Of a stretch of DNA of 64,000 nt, positions 1 to 9,508 are shown in pieces. The stretch is taken from positions 1 through 64,000 of the IMG/VR virus record IMGVR_UViG_3300006033_000016; one strand, 5' to 3'. The notes beneath the pieces were generated by a model, which saw only the letters and a list, made by a program, of their open reading frames with translations, was not told the origin of the DNA and ran no database searches. How positions within the stretch are numbered: position 1 is the first letter of the stretch; the number at the start of each line of letters is the position of its first letter. Both the position numbers and the translations under genes were made by a program. This stretch comes from a virus.

Positions 1-657
1 CCCCATGTCTCCCCGAGAGACCCACGCCCCGCCAGGAAGTAGGACGGCAAAGGTACTAACGCTCAGGTCCAGAAGCTCGGCCACTGTACAGGTGTTTTTG
101 CCGCCAAATAGATTGTTCCAGCGGCCTCCGATAGAATACCAATCCCACTTGGCATTGGGATTCGTAAGGTCAACGATCTTGTCTACGGTGCCATCTTCCT
201 TGTAGGTAATTTGGCAGGACCAAGAGTCCTTTCGCTCTTCTACCCACTCAGTGAAGGACATGTATTTCTTGGCAAAATCTAGCCTTTCTGTCCATCCCTC
301 AGGAATCTCGTGAATACGAGTGGAGTATCCCTTTCCGTCGTTCCAATCGCGAGAGGCCCAGGACATTCCATATCCGCCACCTGTACCTGCATAGGGTCCG
401 ATTTTTTTGGATTCTTCTGGAGTGGGAGTCCGGTAGAAGAAGTTGTCATACCTCTTGAGCAGCCTTCCACCCGGTCCATCCACAAGGTAACTAGGAGCCG
501 ACTGGTATTCTGATTGCTTTTTAAAAGTCACGTCGACTTCGACAACAAACTCATCTTTTACGCCGGTGCACTCGTACTCATGAAAAGGTTGAAGTGCCCT
601 TGCTACCTCCGCTTGATCATCCGATACCGTGACTACAGAAACAGAAAAGTGACTCAT
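1..657 (-). CDS. Conserved phage hypothetical protein (NPNAKWDWYxIGGRW motif), truncated by window edge
   Basis: Not in ORF track; manual translation from ATG 657 (MSHFSVSVVT...) stays open to the edge; ATGA overlap with the upstream gene. Confidence 0.7.
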   Translation of the reverse strand, partial: MSHFSVSVVTVSDDQAEVARALQPFHEYECTGVKDEFVVEVDVTFKKQSEYQSAPSYLVDGPGGRLLKRYDNFFYRTPTPEESKKIGPYAGTGGGYGMSWASRDWNDGKGYSTRIHEIPEGWTERLDFAKKYMSFTEWVEERKDSWSCQITYKEDGTVDKIVDLTNPNAKWDWYSIGGRWNNLFGGKNTCTVAELLDLSVSTFAVLLPGGAWVSRGDMG

Positions 658-887
658 AATTCCTCGGGTTTCTTGGAGAGACGGACCACAACTGCCTCGG
701 GCCATCCAAGCAAAGAGTTTTCTTCGTGGTAAAGTTCTGCGAGTTCTTGGGCTATTGTGGAGATCTCTTCTTGCGTGTCAGCCCATGAATGAAATGTTCG
801 GTCGGACTCTACGTAAAGTATCCAAACACCTTGGTCCTCATACGCATTGACGGTGATGAGAGCCTTAACTTTAGAGGTGTCAGTCAT
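654..887 (-). CDS. Hypothetical protein
   Basis: 77 aa ORF with ATGA overlaps on both sides. Confidence 0.6.
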   Translation of the reverse strand: MTDTSKVKALITVNAYEDQGVWILYVESDRTFHSWADTQEEISTIAQELAELYHEENSLLGWPEAVVVRLSKKPEEL

Positions 888-1216
888 AACAGTCCTAGGT
901 TAGCTGCTAGAAGCTTAATGTACCCGCTATGAGACAAACACTTATTGATCTCTTCTGTTGGATACTCTAGTGGAAAGACCACTGTCCGAACCGATTCGCC
1001 AAAAGAGCTTGTCAAGATGTGCCTTGCTTGCTCATTTACTCTGACAGGGTCTCCATGCTTGTATAGAGTCCCTGTTTCAGAGTCGAACATCATGGCAACT
1101 TGGTCGCAGGCGTAAAGAAGTTGCTCTCCGTTAGGACACACCATAGTACGTTGAGTGGGCCTTACAAAGTAGTAAGTCCCATGCTCTAGTTTGTAGTAAG
1201 GAGTTCCGTCCATCAT
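884..1216 (-). CDS. Hypothetical protein
   Basis: 110 aa ORF coupled to its neighbours. Confidence 0.6.
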   Translation of the reverse strand: MMDGTPYYKLEHGTYYFVRPTQRTMVCPNGEQLLYACDQVAMMFDSETGTLYKHGDPVRVNEQARHILTSSFGESVRTVVFPLEYPTEEINKCLSHSGYIKLLAANLGLL

Positions 1217-1983
1217 TTCTCAGTAGAGAGGATAGATGCGGATTCGATACCAGTGTAAGACTTGCCGTCTACAATGACCATAGAAGGTGCCCACCCGTCC
1301 ATGACGAAGGCCTCTGCTGCTTCTCTGGACGGAAGACGATGGTCTCGCCGCCCCCAAGATTCCCTCATTGTCTTTTGGTCCCACACTGTTCCTACGGTGC
1401 ACAGATGGTCCACCAATTCTTCCGCTGTAGCGAAAACGGGAGTAATGGGGCTTCCTTCCGAAACAGTTTCCCAAACCTGCCATCCCTCCCCTGCAGGAGG
1501 CTCTTCCCGCTTCCACTCTTTACGGAGACGGTTAAGGTATTCGTCAACTACGACTCGTCCCTCTCCCTTACAGGTTTCGCAAAGGAACGAGTCTTCAGGA
1601 AGACCCAGGCTCTCAGCAATGAAGTGCATGAGATGATACATAACTAGGCGACTGTCAATGACAGTGCTGATGCCACCAATCTGAAAGGGGACGTTGTTGC
1701 CCTTCTTAAGCTTCTCCGGGCACTTCTTTTCGGCCAGCTTTTGCAGAAACAACTTGTCGAAGTCAGTGAGAGCCTCAGTATTGGGAAACAGGGCGGGGTT
1801 GACATCGTAGTGTGCCAATGAATAAAGTATGCGCCCTAGACGATTGTATCCCACAGAATACCCATAGCCAACACGACAGTCTGGGCACTCTTCTGTGCCA
1901 TCATCCGGAGGAAGAAACCCGCGCCAACGGGTGTCCAAAGGCCAGTCGAAGTCCAGGGCAACTCGCTTGATTTCTCTTCCCAT
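1213..1983 (-). CDS. Conserved phage protein with split CxxC zinc-finger (DnaJ-like CxxCxGxG)
   Basis: CPDC...CETCKGEG and GWQVWETVSEGSPITPVF motif. Confidence 0.65.
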   Translation of the reverse strand: MGREIKRVALDFDWPLDTRWRGFLPPDDGTEECPDCRVGYGYSVGYNRLGRILYSLAHYDVNPALFPNTEALTDFDKLFLQKLAEKKCPEKLKKGNNVPFQIGGISTVIDSRLVMYHLMHFIAESLGLPEDSFLCETCKGEGRVVVDEYLNRLRKEWKREEPPAGEGWQVWETVSEGSPITPVFATAEELVDHLCTVGTVWDQKTMRESWGRRDHRLPSREAAEAFVMDGWAPSMVIVDGKSYTGIESASILSTEK

Positions 1984-2011
1984 TGTCAGTACCTATTGGA
2001 TAGTTGTTGCT

Positions 2012-2293
2012 TCAAGAACGGATTTTGCGCCGGGTCACTCCATAGCGCATTTGAGAGAGGCGATGAACGTGGTTGAACGCGTCCCTGTACTCCTTCTTTA
2101 ACGACTCCAGGGTCTCAGGGTCCATCCCCCTAGCATCCCTGATTTGATGAAGAAGGTCAGAGGCTTTTTCGTTCCACCTTCGTCGAGAGGTGTCCAAGAT
2201 GTGTAGAAGAACCTTCTCCACCGTATCTGAATCCCTGCGAGTGATTTTGTCCACAAAATCACGTAAAGGATTTTGTACTGCGTCTTCCTTCAT
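2012..2293 (-). CDS. Hypothetical protein
   Basis: 93 aa helical ORF downstream of the repeated promoter-like motif. Confidence 0.55.
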   Translation of the reverse strand: MKEDAVQNPLRDFVDKITRRDSDTVEKVLLHILDTSRRRWNEKASDLLHQIRDARGMDPETLESLKKEYRDAFNHVHRLSQMRYGVTRRKIRS

Positions 2294-2358
2294 TTTCTTC
2301 TTTCCTTGGCTTACAAGTCAAAGGAAGGTAAGGGCCGTCTCACGACAGCAAGTCTATT

Positions 2359-2373
2359 ACTATGGCCAGGGTT
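2359..2373 (-). promoter_or_regulatory. Repeated motif AACCCTGGCCATAGT (candidate phage promoter)
   Basis: Copy 1 of 7 of AACCCTG(G/T)NCATANT; intergenic. Confidence 0.6.
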
Positions 2374-2573
2374 CATCCAACCATATGTTCAGGAACCATC
2401 AGCGTAACCTCTTTGCCGCTACAGATGTCCTCTACGATAGTGAGCTGCTCTTCCTTTGAATAGCCAGCCTCTGCCAACATCTGAAAGGCATAAATCAGCC
2501 CGCCCAAACCTGGTTGAAGAGGTTTTCCGGCAGGAATGGTCACCGGAACCTTAGGGTCTTTTTGTTCTTTCAT
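2373..2573 (-). CDS. Hypothetical protein
   Basis: 66 aa ORF in the - strand gene run. Confidence 0.5.
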   Translation of the reverse strand: MKEQKDPKVPVTIPAGKPLQPGLGGLIYAFQMLAEAGYSKEEQLTIVEDICSGKEVTLMVPEHMVG

Positions 2574-2585
2574 CGTATGCTCAGG

Positions 2586-3338
2586 TCAAAAGATGGACGA
2601 CACAATGTCACTCCGGAATTCCTCAGGAGTCTTTATGGGCTTGAAATCCCCATACTTGGTAGGCTTCACGTTTTGGCTCTTCCAATCATTTTCCACCCAA
2701 ACGTACCAAAATTGAAATGGAAAAGAGTAAAGAGAATTGGCAGGAAATTTTTCTATAATGGCAAAACTGGCCCAGCGTTCTTGCAGGTCCCCTTCGTTGG
2801 TGGTGATTATTTCCTTTGCGCGTTCAAAGGATGTGCACACACATTCCAACAGGGAACTTCCAGGAACAATGACAGTCACCGCATACAAGTACAAACTTGA
2901 GTCAGAAGAGTTGTCTTCTTGGTGGTCATCTAAGAAGGTTGCTTCGCTTGCTACTTTGTCAAGATTTTCAGAACCTAGCTTTACGTGCTCCTCTTTTTCC
3001 CACACATCCCAAACATATTCTCCCTTCAGGTAGGACACCCACTCCTCTTTTGTAACTGGGCGCCAAGTTCCTGTCAGCAGGCTCTCTTCAGGGTCTTCCT
3101 CCCACGACCACTCTCCTTCCCACACGAGAAGCCCATCCGGAGGAGGAAGAGAACCCATATAGTTATGAATACCTCCAAGTTCCTCAGCTACAGCTAGTCC
3201 ATTTCCTTGCAGGTAAAGAACTTTAAAATCTCCGTCAACACTGGCCACAAGCATTTTATTGGGACGAGGATCTCTACCGGAATCCCTGCCTAGGTCCACC
3301 GGCTCTTCCTCCACTAAAAATGCCTTTTCAACGCTCAT
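2586..3338 (-). CDS. Hypothetical acidic protein
   Basis: 250 aa ORF with AAGGAG RBS. Confidence 0.65.
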   Translation of the reverse strand: MSVEKAFLVEEEPVDLGRDSGRDPRPNKMLVASVDGDFKVLYLQGNGLAVAEELGGIHNYMGSLPPPDGLLVWEGEWSWEEDPEESLLTGTWRPVTKEEWVSYLKGEYVWDVWEKEEHVKLGSENLDKVASEATFLDDHQEDNSSDSSLYLYAVTVIVPGSSLLECVCTSFERAKEIITTNEGDLQERWASFAIIEKFPANSLYSFPFQFWYVWVENDWKSQNVKPTKYGDFKPIKTPEEFRSDIVSSIF

Positions 3339-3352
3339 GATATACTCCTTAT

Positions 3353-4066
3353 ATGAAGGTCATGACCAGATTCATCGACCTGAGAAATCAGCAGAAAAAC
3401 CCCATTCCTCCGAAGGTAGTACAACGAGGAGGAAAAAAAGTAACCTATAACTTGTGCAAAAAGGGAAAGAACCGAAAGGTGTTTGAGAGAGACATGAGCC
3501 TGATTACAGGCATATGCTTCCATCAGACAGCCTGTGTATTCGGAACTCCTAACAAGAAGGATCCTGACTCTAAGTACAGGCGAGCCCTCAGTATTCCGTG
3601 TCATGGAGTAGGGTTCCTGGATGGAACGGCTGTTCTACCTTGTCCACTATCCTGGTATGTGTATCACGGAAATGAGTTCAACGAAGACACACTAGGACTG
3701 GAATTTGAGGGTCACTTTAGTGGCATACTAGATGACCCAACAACGCCGGTACGTGAAGATATTCGTACTACCTGGAAAAGACAGGAACCCACCCCATTGA
3801 CAGAGGTAGCTATTAAATGCTACCGAGACCTGACAAAAAGAGTGGTGGAGGAAGCTAGGGCCATGGGTGCGCCAATTGAATGGGCGTACGCACACAGGCA
3901 AACAAATGGAGACAAGCCGTCCGACCCAGGAGAGGCCCTGTGGAAGGCCGTAGTCATTGATTACGCGGTTCCGGTTCTTGGTCTGAAGACTCGCCCGCAG
4001 GAGACGCGTCGCGATGGAAAACCTCTACCGATTCAGTGGGACCCCAATGGAGTTGGAGGGTACTGA
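3353..4066 (+). CDS. N-acetylmuramoyl-L-alanine amidase (Amidase_2-like), probable endolysin
   Basis: GICFHQTA, GLEFEG and YAHRQ...SDPG Zn-amidase motifs. Confidence 0.7.
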   Translation: MKVMTRFIDLRNQQKNPIPPKVVQRGGKKVTYNLCKKGKNRKVFERDMSLITGICFHQTACVFGTPNKKDPDSKYRRALSIPCHGVGFLDGTAVLPCPLSWYVYHGNEFNEDTLGLEFEGHFSGILDDPTTPVREDIRTTWKRQEPTPLTEVAIKCYRDLTKRVVEEARAMGAPIEWAYAHRQTNGDKPSDPGEALWKAVVIDYAVPVLGLKTRPQETRRDGKPLPIQWDPNGVGGY

Positions 4067-4689
4067 TGAGTGGCGGAAAGCACAACTTCCACGAAAAAAG
4101 GGTGTGCCATTTGTGCGATACAGAATTTTCTCCTAGAGCGGCAAACCATAAATGGTGTTGTGAATGTGTACCGACTTCAGGATGGAGGGCGCGTGCTGTT
4201 ACTTATGGGATAGGCGTAAAGCAGTGGGAGGATCTTCTACAAAAACAAAAAGGAACGTGTGCGTTGTGTGACAGAGAGCCTACTATGATAGACCACAGAC
4301 ATGATGATGGCGTTATTCGTGGACTATTATGTAGAAGATGTAATACTCTGCTTGCAGGGATAGACGACAAGGCTTGGCTGGAAAGAGCCTCAGTGTACGC
4401 AGAAGCCAGTGCAGGGATTGTTCCTCATAAGGTGGAGGACAAAGATATATTATTTTCTACCTGTTACAGGGGACATGAAAAAACTGCGGGCAAGTTGTGT
4501 AAGACATGTGTAAACGAGGACGCACGAAGTAGGAGAATGTCTAGAACTAAGGATGAAATTGAGAGGGACTCTACATACAAGAGAAATTGGAGAAATAAAA
4601 TGAGCGAGGGGCAGAGAGAAAGGGAAAGAGAGAAGTCAAGAGAAAGAAACAAGAGGTACAGAGAAAGAAAAAGAAGTGCTTCCAAGTAG
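4066..4689 (+). CDS. Endonuclease VII-family (HNH) endonuclease
   Basis: QKGTCALC...IDHRHDDGVIRGLLCRRCN; start taken at ATG 4066 overlapping the amidase stop. Confidence 0.8.
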   Translation: MSGGKHNFHEKRVCHLCDTEFSPRAANHKWCCECVPTSGWRARAVTYGIGVKQWEDLLQKQKGTCALCDREPTMIDHRHDDGVIRGLLCRRCNTLLAGIDDKAWLERASVYAEASAGIVPHKVEDKDILFSTCYRGHEKTAGKLCKTCVNEDARSRRMSRTKDEIERDSTYKRNWRNKMSEGQREREREKSRERNKRYRERKRSASK

Positions 4690-4807
4690 CTATTTTTCAG
4701 ACTTTTCTCCAACATGTACAGGGTCTTCTGGTGTACTTTCCTTAGACAAGGACACACGGACGAGTGAAGTACTGAAGAACCTCACCAAAGAGGCCACGGC
4801 ACCTGAC

Positions 4808-4843
4808 AAAGAACCCTCCGTGTTAAAAGACGGAGGGTTCTTT
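4808..4843. terminator. Bidirectional intrinsic terminator
   Basis: aaagaaccctccgt-loop-acggagggttcttt between convergent gene blocks. Confidence 0.75.
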
Positions 4844-4861
4844 ACGTGGCGCAGCTTTATC

Positions 4862-5128
4862 TTAGATTTCATTATTCTGTCCCTTAATGCGAGAGCGAAC
4901 AGCGTTCAATAGTTCCCTTCCCAGTTCTCTTGCCTTGTCATGAAGCTCGGCAGATCCTTTCTTGTCTCCCCTTGCCCAACGAACGTCAGCCGTAGATCGG
5001 AGGACTTTGATCTGGTGCTCTGTTTCTTCAACGTACTTAGAAAACTGTTCCTCCTCAGTGAGAGGGGAAGATTCGTTCTTCTTGAACATTGTCAAAAGAC
5101 CTTTCCACCAGTCAAGCTTGTGGCCCAT
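4862..5128 (-). CDS. Hypothetical protein
   Basis: 88 aa ORF ending just before the terminator. Confidence 0.55.
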   Translation of the reverse strand: MGHKLDWWKGLLTMFKKNESSPLTEEEQFSKYVEETEHQIKVLRSTADVRWARGDKKGSAELHDKARELGRELLNAVRSRIKGQNNEI

Positions 5129-5131
5129 AAC

Positions 5132-5683
5132 CTACGACTTTCTCACCGCAATCCAGGTCTTACCAGCAAAAGACAAGGGCGCGGTGAATATATTTCGAGA
5201 AAGACCTACCTTGTACACCTGAGACAAATTTACTGTGGACAGAAGAACGTCAGGATCATAAATCTCATCCAAGGCACGAAGCGCCAATTCTTCTTGGGAC
5301 ATCGACTTTAGCGACTCAATGTGGTCCCTTTGGTTTTCGGGGAATGAGGCGCTGGGATCGATGTCGGATTCTGCCTCCAAGAATATCTTAGCAAGCAGCT
5401 TCACGTTCACCATGGAAAGCAATTGATCTTGGTCTTTCGCTAGAGTAGCCAGCTCTAGGTCTCCGCTTGTCAGCAGCTCAGCCAACCAAGAAAAATCTTG
5501 AGGACCCTTTGTCTCCACAAACTCAAGTGTTCCGTTGTCAACGTATTTCAAAATGGACTCTGGTGAGGGTGATTTTCCCTTCATCGCCCAGAACACGAGG
5601 GCAGCGCCGTCCTGTGCGTCTATCATGCCCCTTTTAACCATGAACTCTAGAAGGGGGATAATCTTGTTATCTGGCTCTGCCAT
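5132..5683 (-). CDS. Hypothetical protein
   Basis: 183 aa ORF. Confidence 0.65.
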   Translation of the reverse strand: MAEPDNKIIPLLEFMVKRGMIDAQDGAALVFWAMKGKSPSPESILKYVDNGTLEFVETKGPQDFSWLAELLTSGDLELATLAKDQDQLLSMVNVKLLAKIFLEAESDIDPSASFPENQRDHIESLKSMSQEELALRALDEIYDPDVLLSTVNLSQVYKVGLSRNIFTAPLSFAGKTWIAVRKS

Positions 5684-5685
5684 AA

Positions 5686-6024
5686 CTAATCCTTTATGTC
5701 GTCAAAGTCACTCCAGTCTATATCTAAGTCCTGTACCGTAATTGTTTCATCGGGAGCAGGATCTGGCGGAGGACGTTGAGTGGCTCGTTCCATCTTTTCT
5801 TTTATGCCAGAATATTTCCACTCATGCTGTATTGAGGCCAAAGTCACCGCTTCTTGATACACCTCTTTGAGCACACCCTGAATGATGTCCAACTTCTCTA
5901 CGTACTCTTCTGGGGTAATGTCAGCAGAGACAAGAAGGTGTAGTAAAGATTGAGCTTTTCTTCTGAGATCGGGAATCTCCAGAGTAGGCAAGTCGTCAAG
6001 GTCTGGAGCGAAACGTTTCACCAC
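5686..6024 (-). CDS. Hypothetical protein
   Basis: 112 aa ORF. Confidence 0.55.
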   Translation of the reverse strand: MVKRFAPDLDDLPTLEIPDLRRKAQSLLHLLVSADITPEEYVEKLDIIQGVLKEVYQEAVTLASIQHEWKYSGIKEKMERATQRPPPDPAPDETITVQDLDIDWSDFDDIKD

Positions 6025-6060
6025 TCTAGATAAGAGTAAGGCGTCAGGAATTTCCCCTGC

Positions 6061-6600
6061 TTAGTATCTCCATGCGTTCAAAAGTTCTCGTAGGGTGCGT
6101 GCGATGTTATCGTGCATCCTCGACATGCCACGCTTCCCGTAGGAGGCCATCTCTTTCGCCTGCCTCCACTCAATAGAAGCTTGGGTCCAATATGATTGAA
6201 TTTGCTCTTCTTTGTACTTGCGGTATTGAGAGTAAACCTGTGAGTTGTACTCTGCGAACGTCATAGATGTATGAAGAAGACGTGTCCAAGGAACCCACTG
6301 AATGATTCCTTCCCCCTCCTTCTGTACTAATTCGTTTGAATGACGAAGAGCCAAAAAGCAGTAGGTCCAAAAAGGCTCGCCCTGAGGAGAAAGGCACACC
6401 CCTTGGTATAGCAGGACGAGGTCTTTTACTAAAAGTCCAGTTTCTTCTTCAACTTCTCGAACGCACGCGTGTTCAGGAGTCTCCCCTTCGTCTAGCTTTC
6501 CTCCGGGAAGACCAAGATCATTCGCGTTGTCTTTTCTAGATATGGACAAGACATATCCACTATTCTTGTCTACAACCACAACACAAGATGCTTGTCTCAT
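6061..6600 (-). CDS. Nudix hydrolase
   Basis: Nudix box GGKLDEGETPEHACVREVEEETG. Confidence 0.9.
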   Translation of the reverse strand: MRQASCVVVVDKNSGYVLSISRKDNANDLGLPGGKLDEGETPEHACVREVEEETGLLVKDLVLLYQGVCLSPQGEPFWTYCFLALRHSNELVQKEGEGIIQWVPWTRLLHTSMTFAEYNSQVYSQYRKYKEEQIQSYWTQASIEWRQAKEMASYGKRGMSRMHDNIARTLRELLNAWRY

Positions 6601-7076
6601 GCCAGCCCAAGCATTTCTCTTACCATACGATAAGGAATCAATTTTGTCAGCCTCGAAGACAAAGAGAGATATTTGTGTTCGTAGTAACTTGCCTTGTGCT
6701 TATACGTCGCAAGTTCATTGGTAAGATTTCTCACCTCTTCTTCCAACAAACTATGTATTGTTCTGGGTCGGGAATCCTCCAGTTCATTCCACCGACGAAA
6801 GAAGCGTTGCGCAGCATCTAGATCTTCTTCGCCGTGCTCTTCTTCTATGTGTTCACTTGCGTCTTCTTTGTACAAGCGAACAGAAAGCTTAGGGGCATCT
6901 CTAAAGTCAGATATACCCAATTTCTTCAATGCCTTGTACCTCGCCTTACTTCTACTCTCTGCTTCTATGATCTCGTAGAATGCGGTTGTTTCATATCGGG
7001 GATGGCCGTCACTCCACTCCACGCATTCTTCATAAGGCTCAGAAGATACTTCGTAAGTTTTCATCATCGTGGTCAC
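6597..7076 (-). CDS. Hypothetical protein
   Basis: 159 aa ORF coupled to its neighbours. Confidence 0.6.
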   Translation of the reverse strand: MTTMMKTYEVSSEPYEECVEWSDGHPRYETTAFYEIIEAESRSKARYKALKKLGISDFRDAPKLSVRLYKEDASEHIEEEHGEEDLDAAQRFFRRWNELEDSRPRTIHSLLEEEVRNLTNELATYKHKASYYEHKYLSLSSRLTKLIPYRMVREMLGLA

Positions 7077-7888
7077 GCTTGATTCATAGGTTTGGAATAT
7101 TTACCTGCACCGGTATACGCGGGTGCTGCTCCCCTCATGTACAGAACCTTTCCTAGCAAGGAATAGATCGTTGCAGGGTACACCTCCTCTGTGTCGAAAT
7201 CCACAGAGTGTGTGTGAATGAAAGAAGGCTCACTCAGCAATGGGTCCTTGCTTGTACTAGGAACAGGTATCTCTTCTCCCTGCTCGGCGTCAAGAACTAC
7301 CTCAAACGTTCTGCCAACAAAACCAAGACGGGTCTTCCACACATGAGAGTAGGTCGTTTGCGTCCAGTAATAGGGACCTTCTGGAAGGTGTATGACCACA
7401 TCCCGGTAATGAAGCTCCTCTTCTCCTTGGTACTTGGTGTACCAGTCAGAAAATGACCAGCTAAAGTGATGGGGTAGCTCGTCACTCTGTTTCTCATAGA
7501 CAGGCTGACCCCACTTCCATAAGAGCACAAAGGGGTCTCCCTCTATGCGGGAGACACGAACGGAAGCCTCGTAATCATCGAACGGAGTAGAAGCTAGGCC
7601 CAAGGCGTAGTCAGGTACTCCCACCATCTTTCTAAGAAGCTTGTGTACGGAAGGGTTTACCTTGGCTGCCCACAGGTGAGCCCCCACCCACAAGAAGTAA
7701 GCCTCCAGTATGGCCTCTCGGTGTGTAGAAGGTACACGAATAACAAACCCAAGTTCAGGAACTTCATTGCGCCACCACTCCAATCGAGCCAGGTAGCCTA
7801 CTCCACTTTTGTCAGGGATGGACAGTAGAGACCCAGAGAAGGACGGAAGAAGAGATTCTCTGGCGAACTTGACGATTCGGCCCCACAT
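7073..7888 (-). CDS. Hypothetical protein
   Basis: 271 aa ORF. Confidence 0.65.
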   Translation of the reverse strand: MWGRIVKFARESLLPSFSGSLLSIPDKSGVGYLARLEWWRNEVPELGFVIRVPSTHREAILEAYFLWVGAHLWAAKVNPSVHKLLRKMVGVPDYALGLASTPFDDYEASVRVSRIEGDPFVLLWKWGQPVYEKQSDELPHHFSWSFSDWYTKYQGEEELHYRDVVIHLPEGPYYWTQTTYSHVWKTRLGFVGRTFEVVLDAEQGEEIPVPSTSKDPLLSEPSFIHTHSVDFDTEEVYPATIYSLLGKVLYMRGAAPAYTGAGKYSKPMNQA

Positions 7889-7892
7889 AACA

Positions 7893-8300
7893 TCAGACCT
7901 TCTTGGGAAGAAGGTGCTTGTACTTCTTGATTAGCTTCAATTCCTCCGGTGTCAGCTTTCGTACACCAAGAGCCTTAGCCTCATCAGAGCTAAGCTTTTT
8001 GAGCGCCTGCTGCCTTTTCACCAGCGGCTCCACCAATTTCAGGTTAGCCTGGTCTTCCTTTCTCTTCTTGGCGTCCTCTGCTGCCAATCTCTCCTCATCC
8101 ATACGTCTATGGGCAGATTCCCAGCCAGAAAAAGCAGGAAGTCTACTTCTCACTATAGACGCAACTTCGGGTATGTTGGAGATGTCGCACAGCAAAGCAG
8201 TAGCCCTGTCTAACTGATCTTTGCACTCCTTCAGTTTGGCTTCTGCCTCGGCCCGATCAATGGCTTCTCTCTCGCCTGGAAGGTAATAACTGCACGGCAT
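7893..8300 (-). CDS. Hypothetical coiled-coil protein
   Basis: 135 aa ORF with AAGGAG RBS. Confidence 0.6.
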   Translation of the reverse strand: MPCSYYLPGEREAIDRAEAEAKLKECKDQLDRATALLCDISNIPEVASIVRSRLPAFSGWESAHRRMDEERLAAEDAKKRKEDQANLKLVEPLVKRQQALKKLSSDEAKALGVRKLTPEELKLIKKYKHLLPKKV

Positions 8301-8312
8301 ACCTGATCTCCT

Positions 8313-9152
8313 TCAGTCTTCGTTTTTCATGTCAGACTGCATGTGGTCCTCTTCGTTCGCTACTCTTAAAAGTACATCGGCATGGCAGATTTTCGGAGCA
8401 CACCAACAAATTAGGTGCTTTCCCTTGAGTTCTCGTTTCACTGCTCGCACCAGACGAGGCTGAGAGAGGAGCCACTCCTCATACTGTCTCAGAACTTCCT
8501 CTCTATCTTCTTCACGGTCTAGCTTGAACGGATTTCCCCATTTGGAGGGACGTCCTACGTAGACAGAGGGAATGCCTTTAGGCGGTTGAGGGTGCCCACT
8601 CCTCTTATTCCACACACGAGGAATGAGACTCTTGGGAGTTCTATCAGAGAAAAATGCGTCAAGGAATTCTTCCTCGGTCTCCTCTGTTTCTCCCCTCAGT
8701 TCGGCACGGATCTCCATCCACAATCTTCCAAGCCAGTTCTCCCCTTTCTGATCAGGTCCCCAGCCCCAAAAAGAATCGTGAGGAGAGTCTTCTATGATTT
8801 TCCTGTATTCGGTTCTAAGAAGAGTATGCTTGACGTCTTCATGTTGCTCTACCTTATGCCGCAGAGCCGATCTCATCACATCTAGCTTTACTTCTTCCCA
8901 GTCTGGACGTAAGAGCTTTCTCTTTTTATCCCTTCCCAGCAAGGCAGCCTCCTTAGGAGTCTTAGCGCTGGCAATCTTATGGGCGTAGAGAAGGTCTGTG
9001 GGGTTGAACTTAGAAGACTGGTAGAAGTGTTCACACGTCTTGTATCTCTTTCCCTTCACCAGGATGGAGTGAGTGGAGAAGTTAGAGAAACAACCGTATG
9101 GACCCTTGGTAGAATAGAATAGAATGTGGTCGTTTACCCTGGATCGCATCAC
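8313..9152 (-). CDS. NADAR (YbiA-like) domain fused to DUF4326
   Basis: FSNF...EHFYQ...EDSPHDSFWG...GENWLGRLWMEIR; C-terminal YVGRPSKWGNPF...LICWCAPKICHADVL. Confidence 0.85.
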   Translation of the reverse strand: MMRSRVNDHILFYSTKGPYGCFSNFSTHSILVKGKRYKTCEHFYQSSKFNPTDLLYAHKIASAKTPKEAALLGRDKKRKLLRPDWEEVKLDVMRSALRHKVEQHEDVKHTLLRTEYRKIIEDSPHDSFWGWGPDQKGENWLGRLWMEIRAELRGETEETEEEFLDAFFSDRTPKSLIPRVWNKRSGHPQPPKGIPSVYVGRPSKWGNPFKLDREEDREEVLRQYEEWLLSQPRLVRAVKRELKGKHLICWCAPKICHADVLLRVANEEDHMQSDMKNED

Positions 9153-9508
9153 ATGAGCCTAGGCAAATTATCCCAGGTATCGGGCTCTGGCTCATCATCA
9201 AGAAGAAACCTGAGTATAATGTCCTTACGGACAATTACCGGAGAGGGACTCCAGTCAAACTCCACCCAGTAAAATCCATGTACAGACTGGTCCACCACTC
9301 GTCCAAGAGCGAACCCCAAAACTAGGTAGGTTCCATCATCCTGCTGAATTGCGTGATGTCGGATGTCTTCCCTGATTTGCTCTATCCTGTCCGTGGAAAA
9401 GCGTGAGGATACAACCACAGCTTTGCCGCGGAAGTCATCGAGCAACAAGTCATTGGCTGTAGTCATGGAGGTCCTAACTTCGTTCATAAGCCTACCATTT
9501 GATTCCAT
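9149..9508 (-). CDS. Hypothetical protein
   Basis: 119 aa ORF. Confidence 0.5.
   Translation of the reverse strand: MESNGRLMNEVRTSMTTANDLLLDDFRGKAVVVSSRFSTDRIEQIREDIRHHAIQQDDGTYLVLGFALGRVVDQSVHGFYWVEFDWSPSPVIVRKDIILRFLLDDEPEPDTWDNLPRLM

Noticed and set aside
4690-4872. 60-aa - strand ORF
   Set aside because: Runs through the bidirectional terminator; no recognisable features
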